DNA of 34,815 nucleotides from an uncultured Verrucomicrobiae bacterium. Lineage in GTDB: Bacteria > Verrucomicrobiota > Verrucomicrobiia > Palsa-1439. Made by a program: the position numbers and the translations under genes. The notes beneath the pieces were generated by a model. The model was not told the origin of the DNA. It ran no database searches and was given only the letters and a program-made list of their open reading frames with translations. The stretch spans positions 1 to 34,815 of the forward strand of contig CALBCO010000109.1 in NCBI GenBank assembly GCA_937927265.1. The letters are read 5' to 3'. Of the stretch, positions 9,986 to 19,870 are shown piece by piece. Numbering within the stretch: position 1 is the first letter of the stretch; every line of letters begins with the position of its first letter.

Positions 9986-10677
9986 CGATGTTGTCCGTTA
10001 CCGTTCAACAACTCGCCCTTCTCCAAGTGTACCGTACGCTTCGCGAAGGCAGCCGCTTTCGGATCGTGCGTGACCATGATCACGGTCTTACCGGCGGTGC
10101 GATTAAAGGTCTGCAACAGCGTCAACACCTCCGTAGCCGCGTGCGCATCGAGGTTGCCGGTCGGTTCGTCAGCAATCAGCAATGTGGGATCCGTCACCAG
10201 CGCCCGGGCAAGGGCAACCCGCTGCTCCTGGCCGCCGGACAACTGCCGGGGCAAATGGTGCATGCGGTCGGCCAGCCCGACCAATTCCAGTGCGGCCTCA
10301 ACATGTTGTCGCCGCTCGCGGGCCGATAAACGCGTCAACAACAGCGGCAATTCCACATTCTCAAACGCCGTCAATACAGGAATCAGATTGAAGGTTTGAA
10401 ACACAAACCCGATGTGCCGGTTGCGCCATTCCGCCAGTGCACTGTGATTCAACTCGGCCACATTCGTCTCGCCGACGAAACAGCGGCCACTCGTGGGCTG
10501 GTCCACCCCGGCAATGATGTGCAGCAACGTGCTTTTACCGGAGCCGCTCGGCCCCATCAACGCCACAAAATCCTCGGCCGCGATGTTGAGCGACACCCGG
10601 TCGAGTGCCGTCACATCAATCTCCCCGTGCCGGTAAACCTTGGTGACTTCCTCAAGCCGCACAATGGCTGGGTTCAT
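9982..10677 (-). CDS. ABC transporter ATP-binding protein (MacB/LolD-type)
   Basis: Walker [11 protein letters not shown]-loop FVFQ, signature LSGGQEQR, Walker [10 protein letters not shown]-loop VTHD. Confidence 0.92.
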   Translation of the reverse strand: MNPAIVRLEEVTKVYRHGEIDVTALDRVSLNIAAEDFVALMGPSGSGKSTLLHIIAGVDQPTSGRCFVGETNVAELNHSALAEWRNRHIGFVFQTFNLIPVLTAFENVELPLLLTRLSARERRQHVEAALELVGLADRMHHLPRQLSGGQEQRVALARALVTDPTLLIADEPTGNLDAHAATEVLTLLQTFNRTAGKTVIMVTHDPKAAAFAKRTVHLEKGELLNGNGQHR

Positions 10678-10717
10678 AGCGGAGGCAGTTTAGCACATTC
10701 TTCCCGCTATTGGAGCG

Positions 10718-11611
10718 TCAATCCACCCGCAGTGGCCGGCTGCTTGACAAAGGCGCCGCGTACCCAACTTCGAGAAACCGCCGCGCCTCTTCTTCGACGA
10801 GGAACGGCGCCGGTGCCCCTGGCACGCACTCCGGCAACACCGTATCCACCGCCAACCCAGCATCCCGCAACGCCATGCCGTAACTGCGAGGGTCGGCCGG
10901 TTCGGCCACGCGCAGCCCGACCGCCCGCGCGGCCACCACGTAGAGATCGTCCACCGTCGCGCACTGTTCGAGCCGCCAGCCGTCCAACGGCTCGATGGCG
11001 CGTTGACTCAACGCCGTCGCGCAGCTTGACGTACTGCCCGCCACGCCCGATGCCAACTCCATGGCCGTCGCGACCAAACAAGCCAGCCGGGCCTGCGTCA
11101 CGCAGGTTGTCGAATTGCGAACCGCAGTTGGCCGGCCCGACGGAGGGGCCGGGCGCGGGCGAACGGGGATTTTCCCCGTGGGACGGGCGGCAACCTTCTT
11201 CGGCGTCGTGGACGGTGGCGTTGCCTGCAGTTCAAGACATGATTGCGCATCCGCCCATAACTTCTCCGCCCGCAACGCCGCGAATTGAATCTTCAACGCC
11301 TCCTGCTCCCGCAACGCCGCGTCATTTTCCGCATCCAAATCGCGCAGGGTTTTCTCCGCCTGTTGCCCCACCGCGAGCACGCCTTGCAATTTCACCAGCC
11401 GGTCGCGCAAGCAATCGGCCTGCGCCACTTGTTGGCTCGCCCGTGCTTGTTGTTCCAAGGCCGCCAACCGGTCGAGTTTCTCCTGAATATGTGCCCACTG
11501 CGCCGCGACCTCGTTCGTCGCGGGCACCGTGTTGGTCAGGCCGCCGATTGCTGTCAGCGCCACCAGCCAGAGCGCCACGGCCCCGCACCACTGTGTGTTT
11601 CGCCCGTGCAT
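10718..11611 (-). CDS. Hypothetical membrane-anchored coiled-coil protein
   Basis: ATG 11611 ([24 protein letters not shown] anchor), about 100 aa of heptad-like Q/A/E/L-rich sequence, a Pro-rich linker ([13 protein letters not shown]), and a Cys-containing C-terminal domain. The opposite-strand ORF 10396..11613 is P/R-rich and judged a shadow. Confidence 0.55.
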   Translation of the reverse strand: MHGRNTQWCGAVALWLVALTAIGGLTNTVPATNEVAAQWAHIQEKLDRLAALEQQARASQQVAQADCLRDRLVKLQGVLAVGQQAEKTLRDLDAENDAALREQEALKIQFAALRAEKLWADAQSCLELQATPPSTTPKKVAARPTGKIPVRPRPAPPSGRPTAVRNSTTCVTQARLACLVATAMELASGVAGSTSSCATALSQRAIEPLDGWRLEQCATVDDLYVVAARAVGLRVAEPADPRSYGMALRDAGLAVDTVLPECVPGAPAPFLVEEEARRFLEVGYAAPLSSSRPLRVD

Positions 11612-11717
11612 GACGCCCAATGTAGTGGCCCCGCGCCAAAGCGCAAGCCGCGACTGCGGCCAGCCGCCCGCGGCCGGTCATGGCTTTCCCGTTGCATTGA
11701 GGGGTGTTTGGCGGTAT

Positions 11718-13568
11718 ATGAACCGCCCGGATCATTTTATGAGCAAACAGACCAACATGACCAGCACCGCCCGCGACTCGCAACCGACCGAAATGCGTGG
11801 CGCGGATATCGTCGTCAAAGCCCTCGAACTGGCCGGCGTCGAAGTGGTATTCGGCTACCCCGGCGGCGCCAGCATGGAAATCCATCAGTCGCTCACCCGA
11901 TCGAAGAAGATTCGGACCATTCTTCCGCGGCATGAGCAAGGTGAAGTGTTTGCCGCCGGCGGCTACGCCCGCGCGACCGGCAAAGCCGGGGTCTGTCTGG
12001 CCACGAGCGGCCCCGGCGCGACGAATCTGGTCACCGGCGTGGCCGACGCGTACATGGACTCGGTCCCCCTCGTTGCCATTACCGGGCAGGTACCGCGCCA
12101 TATGATCGGCAAAACCGCGTTTCAGGAAACCGACGTATTCGGGTTGGCCGTGCCGATTGTCAAACACAGTTATCTCGTCATGGATGTAGCGGATCTGCCG
12201 CGCATCATTCAGGAGGCGTTTTACATTGCCACGACGGGCCGACCGGGACCGGTCTGGATTGATATTCCCAAGGACGTGCAACAATCCCATTGTGTGCCGG
12301 TATTCCCCTCCCAGCCGGCCTTGCGAGGGTACGATCCCGTCAAGAAGATTAGCGACGCCACCGTGCGGCAAATCGCTACGCTTATCGAAAAAAGCACGCG
12401 ACCGGTTATTTACTGCGGCGGCGGGATTATCTCTGCCAACGCCAGCACCGAGTTGCGCGAGTTTGCCGAGAAGACCGGCATCCCTGTCGCCACAACCTTG
12501 ATGGGCATCGGTGTAATACCCGCCGATCATCCCTTGTCCTTGCGCTGGCTGGGCATGCACGGTACGCTCGTCGCCAACCTGGCGGTGGACCAAGCGGACT
12601 TGCTGCTCGCCCTGGGGGTCCGATTCGACGACCGGGTGACCGGCAACGTCAAGGAGTTCGCCAAGCACGGCACGATTGTCCACATTGACGTGGACGCCAG
12701 CGAAATCAACAAGAACAAGCCTGTCCACGTGCCGGTCGTCAGCGACATTCGGTATGCGCTCCAACAACTCAACAAGATCGTCAAAACCAAAAACCTCCAC
12801 GAATGGCATGCCCGCCTTGAGGAGTGGAAAACCAAATATCCATTCCGGTACACGTTGACTGACGAGGTGCTGAAATCCCAATATGTCCGCGAGTTTCTCA
12901 AGGGCGACACGAGCGAGATCATCATGCCGCAGTACGTGATTGAGTTGCTCGACGAGTTGACGAAGGGCGATGCGATCATCACCACCGGTGTCGGCCAGCA
13001 CCAAATGTGGACCGGCCAATACTACAAGTTCAAACACCCGCGCGCCTTCCTCACGTCCGGTGGTCTAGGCGCAATGGGCTTCGGCTATCCTGCCGCGCTC
13101 GGCGCGAAAGTGGCCTGCCCGGACAAACAGGTGGTGGACATTGATGGCGACGGCTCTTTCCTGATGAACATCCAAGAACTGGCGACTGCGCACATCGAAC
13201 GGATCGCCGCCAAAGCCATCATTCTGAACAACCAACACCTCGGCATGGTCGTCCAATGGGAAGACCGCTTTTACCAATCCAACCGCGGTCACACCTACCT
13301 CGGCGACCCGCGCAACCCGCATAACGTCTATCCCGACTTCGTTGCCATCGCAAAAGGATTCAACGTCCCCGCCGAGCGCGTCACTCGCAAGAGCGAGTTG
13401 CGCCCCGCGCTGGAACGAATGCTCAAATCGAAAGAACCCTACGTGCTCGATGTTGTTGTGCCCTACACCGAACACGTCTTACCAATGATCCCGGCCGGCA
13501 AGACCGTCCGCGATATTATCCTCGAAAAAGGCCAGACACCCGAACTGGGAGCGAATCTCGGCTTGTAG
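11718..13568 (+). CDS. ilvB: Acetolactate synthase (AHAS) large subunit, biosynthetic type
   Basis: ThDP-enzyme motifs [33 protein letters not shown]. Start uncertain: ATG at 11718, 11739 or 11757. The track start at 11529 overlaps the divergent gene. Confidence 0.92.
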   Translation: MNRPDHFMSKQTNMTSTARDSQPTEMRGADIVVKALELAGVEVVFGYPGGASMEIHQSLTRSKKIRTILPRHEQGEVFAAGGYARATGKAGVCLATSGPGATNLVTGVADAYMDSVPLVAITGQVPRHMIGKTAFQETDVFGLAVPIVKHSYLVMDVADLPRIIQEAFYIATTGRPGPVWIDIPKDVQQSHCVPVFPSQPALRGYDPVKKISDATVRQIATLIEKSTRPVIYCGGGIISANASTELREFAEKTGIPVATTLMGIGVIPADHPLSLRWLGMHGTLVANLAVDQADLLLALGVRFDDRVTGNVKEFAKHGTIVHIDVDASEINKNKPVHVPVVSDIRYALQQLNKIVKTKNLHEWHARLEEWKTKYPFRYTLTDEVLKSQYVREFLKGDTSEIIMPQYVIELLDELTKGDAIITTGVGQHQMWTGQYYKFKHPRAFLTSGGLGAMGFGYPAALGAKVACPDKQVVDIDGDGSFLMNIQELATAHIERIAAKAIILNNQHLGMVVQWEDRFYQSNRGHTYLGDPRNPHNVYPDFVAIAKGFNVPAERVTRKSELRPALERMLKSKEPYVLDVVVPYTEHVLPMIPAGKTVRDIILEKGQTPELGANLGL

Positions 13569-14081
13569 GCGTTGGACAACACCTCCCTTGGATATTGCTC
13601 GGCGATGCCGCGGATGACGGTATCGGCAGCAACGCCCGTGAATCACATCTCCATTCCAGAACCGCTCCGTGGCGAAGCCCAAAGACGGGTGACCGGACAT
13701 CACAAGCTGAGCGCGGCAGGGAATCAGCGCTAGCCCCCGCATTGCCCCCAAACCGCTTCTCTCCATGTCCGTCGTTGGCTCCTGGGCATACGCCTGTTGT
13801 CCCAACGTTGCCGTCCGAATCTCGGCGCGTCAGCGACGAGCGCCGCCGCCGGTTCTATTCTTTCGGGGAATGCCGCCGTCAATTCGGCTCCTCTTCGCGC
13901 CAACGATTCGGCATGAATTTTCTCGCATCGTCCTATTCATTCAAGGGCTGCACCCGCAGATGAAAAATGCGATGCCCACAATCGCCACGGGCGACCTGCC
14001 GGGGATCCCGCTCCGCGGGCTGGGCTTCGTATGGATCATCCGCAAAGGCCGCCCTCGGCAGGGTGAAAGACCGTTGTCATG

Positions 14082-16433
14082 TCATTTCCGCGCGGCTTCC
14101 CATCGCAGCGCGACCATGCTGAACGGCGGTAGTTGCAGTTTCCAACCAGTCCCAAAGCCGTTCAGTGTTTCTTCGCGGACTTGCACTTCGGGCGGGTGAT
14201 CAGATTCGTTGTTCGCGGTGATGCGGTCGGCAGTCAGCCACCAAGCGGTGGCGGTTCCGCCTTTGGCCTGACCGCTGAACTTCAGGGCCACGACATGCGG
14301 TTCCCGTGTGTCGAGATTGACAAGTATCAAACCGTGCTGCTGCCGGTCACAAAACGCATAGCTCCATAACACGGGGAAGTTCTCGTAGGTCAAGATCTGA
14401 TCACGCGCTCCCTCGAACCAGCCGGTCGCGGTAAACGTCGGAGCCGCCCCACTGTGGAGGGTCTCGACGAGGTTGCCTCCAATCACGCGATTGGCGATTT
14501 GGGCGGCGAGATACGTGGGTCGGTAACGTTGATCACGGTAATCCAGACCGGGGGTGATCCCCCATAGTTTGACGCCTTCGCGGAAACTGCGTTGGTTGAG
14601 GTTGAACAGGCATTGCGTGCGGAGATTAAGTTCCTTCATCATCACCAGTGAATCGTTGATGAGATTTACTCCGCCGCCGATGGATGCGATGTATTTATTG
14701 CGAAACTCGATTGGCGCGCCACCATCTTTTACACTCGGCGCCGTGGTATGGTAGTGATGCTCGTAAATTGCCAGTTCGCTGTTGGCAGCCCGGGTCAACT
14801 GATAATGCTGTGGCATGATGCCCTCGGGCGCGCAAGCGCGGCGCAGCGTGAAACCAAACACCCACCGAAATAAGGCGTCATCATCCGAAAACATCGCAGC
14901 TTGCTGGGCAGTGAGCCGATGGATCAAATACGGCGCGACGGCGAGCCGGTCACCGTTGGGCGTGGCTTGCAACACTTGCTTGGTGACGCCAACGCTGCCG
15001 GCTTGCGAGCCAAGCACAAACACCACCGACGGACGGTAATACAGCGATTGTTTACCGAACGTGATCAGGTCTTTCCAGTGGTCAGGCCCGTTGAACGAGC
15101 CGGTGGCGTAACCGCTCGGATTCCATGCTTCGTTGCCAAACTCCACGTACACGTTGCGAAACACTTCCGTCCACGGGCGCGGATGACCCAACGCCGCCCG
15201 AATTTTCCCGCCACCTACATCGGCCGGTGCGCCGAGGTATTCCATGAACAGTTTGATTTCTTCCGGGTGAATCGTTCCCGGCAAGCAATACCAAGGGTCG
15301 GCGCCGATATATTCCGCCAAGACGTAGAAATCATGGAGATTGAAATCGTAACCATTGGCACGATTGCGGCCGCCCCGGGTGAGGTCGGCGAAGTTGCGCG
15401 ACCAACGAATTCGACGCAGCGGCGGCCGAAGGTTCGTCTCCAGATCGCTGCCGCCCATTTGCAGAAATCGAATGACACCCGGCCGCAACTCGCGCAGCAC
15501 CTTCACAAAATGATCCCGAAACGGCGTCGGATTCTGATCGTTTTCCTCCTTCCAGATTTCCACATCGTCCACCAACACCTCACCATCACTGGCCACGAAC
15601 CGGATCGTGAGATGCGAGTTCGGAGCCATATTCTCGATCACCAACGTCAGATCGTGCTTCTCCCATTTCTCGGTGATGGGGACGAAGGGGTTCTGGTCGG
15701 CACCCGTTGTGATTTGCAACTTGGGTTGTCCAGCTTTGGCTTTGGTCCAGAAACGAATGTGCCACCGCCCGGTCTGTTCGGCTTGACTGGCCCACATCGG
15801 AACGTAGGCGTAATGCGCGGGTTGGTCCGCCCCCTTCAGCCACAACGCCGCGCACCCGAACGAGCCGGGCGGCACGTCGCCAATGTGTGCGGTGTTCGGC
15901 AGACTGTTCCAATACGCCGGATTTTCAGTATCCCGGATGCAGCCCTGATCGAGGCGGTCCAGTTCGAGGAGTACGCCGTTGATGCCGCCGGCATTGATCA
16001 TGGGCGAGCGCGGCACCTCTTTATCAAACCGCAGGTAACACAACTCTCGCTTCTGCGGGTCGACCGGGCAAACTTTCTTTTCGATGTCTTGGATCAGTCC
16101 GGTGATCCCCTTGGCCGGGCCGCCGAGAATCGTGTACCGGACCTTGCCTTTCATCGCCTCCCAAGCTTCCGCATCGGGTGGGAACCACACGTACACGCCG
16201 TGCTCGTCCTGCAACGGCCCCCAAGTGCACATCCGGTAGCGCACCCCTTCGAAGTTGTCGGCGATGCGGAGCTTGACGATGCTGCTGTCCCAATAATTGT
16301 CCGAGCAAATGTTGATCCCCAGCCGAACCGTATCAGCTACCAACTTCTTGTCAGTGATTTCGACCGTTGTGAGTTCCGCAGCCACCGCGGCCGCGATCGC
16401 CAGGAACCCGCTGCCTGCCAATATTATTTTCAT
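14082..16433 (-). CDS. Secreted glycoside hydrolase, clan GH-A TIM barrel (GH51 arabinofuranosidase-like) with N-terminal CBM-like module
   Basis: Signal peptide MKIILAGSGFLAIAAAVA, with GGGAG 9 nt upstream of ATG 16433. The N-terminal beta-sandwich-like region ends LTIRFVASDGEVLVDDVEIW. The barrel carries RFLQMGGS and the Asn-Glu strand-4 motif YVEFGNEAWN. Confidence 0.7.
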   Translation of the reverse strand: MKIILAGSGFLAIAAAVAAELTTVEITDKKLVADTVRLGINICSDNYWDSSIVKLRIADNFEGVRYRMCTWGPLQDEHGVYVWFPPDAEAWEAMKGKVRYTILGGPAKGITGLIQDIEKKVCPVDPQKRELCYLRFDKEVPRSPMINAGGINGVLLELDRLDQGCIRDTENPAYWNSLPNTAHIGDVPPGSFGCAALWLKGADQPAHYAYVPMWASQAEQTGRWHIRFWTKAKAGQPKLQITTGADQNPFVPITEKWEKHDLTLVIENMAPNSHLTIRFVASDGEVLVDDVEIWKEENDQNPTPFRDHFVKVLRELRPGVIRFLQMGGSDLETNLRPPLRRIRWSRNFADLTRGGRNRANGYDFNLHDFYVLAEYIGADPWYCLPGTIHPEEIKLFMEYLGAPADVGGGKIRAALGHPRPWTEVFRNVYVEFGNEAWNPSGYATGSFNGPDHWKDLITFGKQSLYYRPSVVFVLGSQAGSVGVTKQVLQATPNGDRLAVAPYLIHRLTAQQAAMFSDDDALFRWVFGFTLRRACAPEGIMPQHYQLTRAANSELAIYEHHYHTTAPSVKDGGAPIEFRNKYIASIGGGVNLINDSLVMMKELNLRTQCLFNLNQRSFREGVKLWGITPGLDYRDQRYRPTYLAAQIANRVIGGNLVETLHSGAAPTFTATGWFEGARDQILTYENFPVLWSYAFCDRQQHGLILVNLDTREPHVVALKFSGQAKGGTATAWWLTADRITANNESDHPPEVQVREETLNGFGTGWKLQLPPFSMVALRWEAARK

Positions 16434-16465
16434 CGGAGTCATCTCCCGCCTGCGAACATCAGCGA

Positions 16466-17728
16466 CTACGGATCGGTACGCGGATGGGTTTTTACCCATT
16501 CCGCCAACGCCCGGTACTTGTGGGGTTGCTCCAGCGGTTGGCCCGTTCGTTCCATACAGCCCCACGCGCCGCGGTCTTTGGCGCCGCCAACGTGCGCGTA
16601 GTGACTGAAATGACTGAAATACTTGCTCATCTCGCGCAGGTATTCGTGATACAAATCGTACATCGCCGGGTTGCGATTGATCACTGATGCTTTTTGGATC
16701 ACATGCTGCCCGCCTTCGTAGGCGATGAGTTTCAATCCCGCTGCAGCGGCGAACTTTTTCAACCCGGCCACCTTCTGGCCCGCTTCCCGGATCGCTTCAC
16801 GTAACTGGGCCACGGCCTCCGGGGAATTGCCCGACACCTTGTTGCCAAAATAAGGCGCGCTGGCAATCGCGTCGGCTTTCACCCCCCACGGGTTGTGCCG
16901 GGCATCCTTCACAACCTCCTGATGTTGCTGTGCCTGGAACGTCGAGCCGCCTTGCAACGCCCACACGCGGACCACTCGTTTCGAGTCCGCGCCCCACACC
17001 AGATCGGCCGCACGGAAATTACGGATCGCCGCCCAGGCGTGAAACCGAAACCCATTGCTCCACAATTTGCCGTCGTTGCCGGCCTTGGTTTTTGGGTCAA
17101 GGGCCAGTGCCGTCCCCTCCTCCACGCAGTAATGCGCCTGCTGGAACATCCCGTTCCACGTCTCGTTCGAATACTCCAAATACATCTTCAGCCTTGGCTG
17201 GAGCGGCTCGCAGGTCTTGACGCCACCGGCTTTGATCAGTTGTTCAGCGGACATCGCGCTCAGCTTGTCGAGCCACGGCGTCAAATCCACATCGCGCATG
17301 TCCACCCCCGTTTTCACCAGCAAACACAAGCGCAATGCATAATCGCTGGGCTGATCACCCCTGTGGCGGTTGATGGTCAGATGGGGCGTGCAAACCCACA
17401 TATCGGCGTTGAGGCGATTGCACAGGTCAATCATCCATTCGTAGGCGACGACCAATTGTTCAGGTGCGTTTTTCTGCGGTCGTTGCATCCACTGTTCACG
17501 TGGCGAACCGTTCGTGTAGTCCCAGTCCATAAACCGGAACGAGTGGTAGATGGCGACCTCTTTCAGAAACTGCGGATTCCAGGGATTGTCGCTGATGACG
17601 TTTCGCACATCACGGAAACAATCATCCGGTTTGTGCCATTTCAAGTTCCAGAAGTTTGAGCCGAGATCCATCCCCAGCACTGCTGTGGCGGACCACACAA
17701 CTCCCACAATCAAGGTTATCGTCTTCAC
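16466..17728 (-). CDS. Secreted glycoside hydrolase-like protein, clan GH-A TIM barrel, family not assigned
   Basis: Asn-Glu motif YLEYSNETWN and RFMDWDYTNG. The proposed GTG start at 17728 gives the signal peptide VKTITLIVGVVWSATAVLG, with AGGA 7 nt upstream. The track start at 17869 adds a non-hydrophobic 47-aa extension. Confidence 0.65.
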   Translation of the reverse strand: MKTITLIVGVVWSATAVLGMDLGSNFWNLKWHKPDDCFRDVRNVISDNPWNPQFLKEVAIYHSFRFMDWDYTNGSPREQWMQRPQKNAPEQLVVAYEWMIDLCNRLNADMWVCTPHLTINRHRGDQPSDYALRLCLLVKTGVDMRDVDLTPWLDKLSAMSAEQLIKAGGVKTCEPLQPRLKMYLEYSNETWNGMFQQAHYCVEEGTALALDPKTKAGNDGKLWSNGFRFHAWAAIRNFRAADLVWGADSKRVVRVWALQGGSTFQAQQHQEVVKDARHNPWGVKADAIASAPYFGNKVSGNSPEAVAQLREAIREAGQKVAGLKKFAAAAGLKLIAYEGGQHVIQKASVINRNPAMYDLYHEYLREMSKYFSHFSHYAHVGGAKDRGAWGCMERTGQPLEQPHKYRALAEWVKTHPRTDP

Positions 17729-17867
17729 CCGTTGTCCTGTTCCGCCAGCGTCAGCCGCCAGCCACGCCCGTGGTATTTCATTTCTATTTTGGTCATGGCT
17801 TTGCGTTCCGACTATATAGAGCCTGTCCCACAGGTTGAAAGCGCAAACCGGCCGGGGCGCGGTGCGC

Positions 17868-17908
17868 AAAAAAACGAGGCAAGCAAAACGTTTTCATAGG
17901 CTTGCCCC
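17868..17908 (-). terminator. Rho-independent terminator on the - strand
   Basis: The - strand reads GGGGCAAGC-(15 nt loop)-GCTTGCCTC-G-TTTTTTT. It is the only intergenic hairpin with a U-tract that I found in the window. Confidence 0.55.
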
Positions 17909-17953
17909 CACTCGGTGGGGAATATCCTCAGGTGTCATCCTAAAGGAGGTTGA

Positions 17954-18622
17954 CCACCGCTGCCACACCCCCTATCGCACCAATCCGAGCTGCGTCCCGT
18001 ACTTCCCACCATCGAAGGCAATGTGGATTATTCTGGAGACCGCCGCCAACTCCTGCGCATCGAGAAATTGCCCGTCCACGACGGCGTCGAAACCGATTTT
18101 GTCAACGTCAGCCTCGCGTATTGGGCGAAGCAAACCACCGGGCCGTTGCCCCAGGTCACCCACCGGCAACAACTCCCGTTCCAACAACACAGCCGACGCA
18201 CGTTGCGCTGCAACATGGTTTGCCTACTGTTGCAGGAATCGTTTCGCAGCCTAAGTTGCCGCATCGCCGACAGCCCCCGGTGGCAGTGGTTCTGCCAGAT
18301 GGATCAACTCGACCGGGTCAAGATGCCGTTCAAAAGCACCTTGCAGCGGTCGGCCGACTAATCGCCGGCCGAGGCACAGCGCCCCATCATCAACCAGTTG
18401 TTGGGCCGAGCCGGCATGGCGGCGACCGCGACCGAGCTGCAACCGCTGGACTTGGCCGAGCCCTTGGATGGGGACACGTACTTTCTGAATCCGACCTGCG
18501 TGAAGGCCAACATTCATTTCCCGGTGGACTGGGTGTTGTTGCGCGATGCGGTGCGCGCGCAATGGGCGAGCGGCTTTGGTGAACTGGAGGGGGGACCTCC
18601 GGGGGGGGCGTGTTGCGATTAA
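17954..18622 (+). mobile_element. Decayed IS4/IS5-superfamily DDE transposase remnant (N-terminal about 40 percent only, in-frame stop)
   Basis: One frame reads SELRPVLPTIEGNVDY...LRCNMVCLLLQESFRSLSCRIADSPRWQWFCQMD..VKMPFKSTLQR. After a TAA at 18359-18361 it continues ...DTYFLNPTCVKANIHFPVDWVLLRDAVR, where resemblance stops (stop at 18620-18622). There is no ATG start, and the rest of the DDE domain is absent. Confidence 0.6.
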
Positions 18623-18748
18623 CACCCGGCCAACCGGTTCCAACTGCGGAGGTCAGTTGCCCATTCGTTTAGTTCGGCAACAAGTGGCGCCTCGGGGACT
18701 TCCAGAATCCCAGCCCTTAAAAACGGGGATAATCCTTTCGGTCAGTGG

Positions 18749-19870
18749 TTACTGAAAACCAACCCGGTAGAACCGGGACGCCCCATTCGTTGCGCCACCG
18801 GAATCGGTGATGGTCATTACACTGCCGAGGCCAACCACCCCGTTGGTGAGCGGCATCCAATTCCCGGCAGTCAGGCTGTCTTGGTACTCGACCCGATACA
18901 CCTGATTCGACCGGGTTCGGAAACTGATCACGGTGTCGCCGTTGGTGACCAAGACGCCGGTGATGCCGAAATCGTCTCCCGTCAGAGAGTCAATGACGCT
19001 GTTGATCCAGCCGGCATACGCGGAGATCCGGACGCTGTAAAACGCGCTCGGTTCGCTCGCGGCGTGGTACACCCAACTGGCGCCGCCGCCTTCCCACAAC
19101 CCAGCCTTGTCCAACAACGCCGCGTTGAACACGGTGCCATCCACGGCATTGCTGAACATGCCGTCCACATCCACATGAATCCCGGCCAACTTCCACACGC
19201 CGTCTTCCTGAATGAAGAGACCGCCACCGGAATCACCGACCGAGAGATGGCACTCGTTGGAGTTGCCGGCGGCGTCGAACGCCACGCGCAGCACAGCGGA
19301 CGTGCCGAACTGGTTGGTGATCACCGCCAACCCGGCCACGATATTCTCCCCCCAGCGCGTGATGCCGTCGAAACTGCCCCACCGCCAGCCGTTCGTCTGC
19401 CCGCCCACGACCACTGGGCTTCCCCGCTGGGTGCCGCGACCAAACACGACGCAGCCGCCGCCGACCTCATTGGTGCCGAGGTACAACGGCGCGTACCGCG
19501 GCAACGTCTCCGCCACCTGCCACACCGCCAAATCCGCGTCGGGACATTCCGCGTATTGGACAGGCCGGTAATCGCGCCCGTCGAGCCGGAAGGTGTTGTT
19601 CGTTGAGTCCCGGACATGCTTGGCGGTGATGAAATACCGGGGCGCGATGGCGGTGCCGAGGAAATGATAGCCCGGATAGGGCCGGTTCCACTGGCCTTGA
19701 TATTGCCAGCCGGAGTCGGTCAGCGCGCCGGTCGGGGCGTTGGTGTTGTAACTGGGATCGCCGGTGTCCTTGAACATCACGGCCCGCGCCGCGACGGCCC
19801 CGGCCACGATCAGACTGCACCACCAGAGTCGCATGATCCCACGATACTGGCATCCGGCGTTTTTTTCCAT
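18749..19870 (-). CDS. Secreted trypsin-like (S1) serine protease with C-terminal beta-rich extension
   Basis: Triad contexts ITAKHV (His), DADLAVWQV (Asp), GDSGGGLF (Ser). Signal peptide MRLWWCSLIVAGAVAARA; the alternative start at ATG 19834 begins exactly there. About 75 aa of C-terminal module end in RFYRVGFQ. Confidence 0.8.
   Translation of the reverse strand: MEKNAGCQYRGIMRLWWCSLIVAGAVAARAVMFKDTGDPSYNTNAPTGALTDSGWQYQGQWNRPYPGYHFLGTAIAPRYFITAKHVRDSTNNTFRLDGRDYRPVQYAECPDADLAVWQVAETLPRYAPLYLGTNEVGGGCVVFGRGTQRGSPVVVGGQTNGWRWGSFDGITRWGENIVAGLAVITNQFGTSAVLRVAFDAAGNSNECHLSVGDSGGGLFIQEDGVWKLAGIHVDVDGMFSNAVDGTVFNAALLDKAGLWEGGGASWVYHAASEPSAFYSVRISAYAGWINSVIDSLTGDDFGITGVLVTNGDTVISFRTRSNQVYRVEYQDSLTAGNWMPLTNGVVGLGSVMTITDSGGATNGASRFYRVGFQ

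Noticed and set aside
10396-11613. 405-aa + strand ORF opposite the coiled-coil gene
   Set aside because: Extremely Pro/Arg/Ser/Thr/Ala-rich. Its first third is antisense to the ABC ATPase gene. The - strand frame is preferred, though with only moderate confidence.
11621-11717. Possible leader or attenuator upstream of ilvB
   Set aside because: Only short GC hairpins (for example gccgc-gact-gcggc) are present. There is no Val/Leu/Ile-rich leader ORF and no terminator-like U-tract.
11322-13037. 571-aa ORF antisense to ilvB
   Set aside because: The opposite strand carries an unmistakable AHAS large subunit. The antisense product is G/R/A/D-rich with no motifs, a typical shadow ORF in GC-rich DNA.
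13941-14039. 32-codon - strand ORF with a lipoprotein-like end (MIHTKPSPRSGIPGRSPVAIVGIAFFICGCSP)
   Set aside because: It is too short, has a non-canonical lipobox and stops immediately after the Cys. At most it is a relic of a decayed gene.
13479-14199. Track ORFs inside the ilvB-GH gap (13479..13805 -, 13595..13963 +, 13765..14199 +)
   Set aside because: Arg/Ser/Pro/Cys-rich with no motifs. Each overlaps a real gene end or another of these ORFs. No IlvN-like ACT domain appears in any frame.
14901-16601. 566-aa ORF antisense to the GH51-like gene
   Set aside because: Arg/Pro/His-rich and low complexity. The - strand protein has a signal peptide and GH-A motifs.
17950-18582. 210-aa ORF preceded by AAGGAGG
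   Set aside because: Pro/Arg-rich alternate frame of the IS remnant. The transposase-like sequence is in the neighbouring frame, and the SD-like element abuts the TTG with no spacer.
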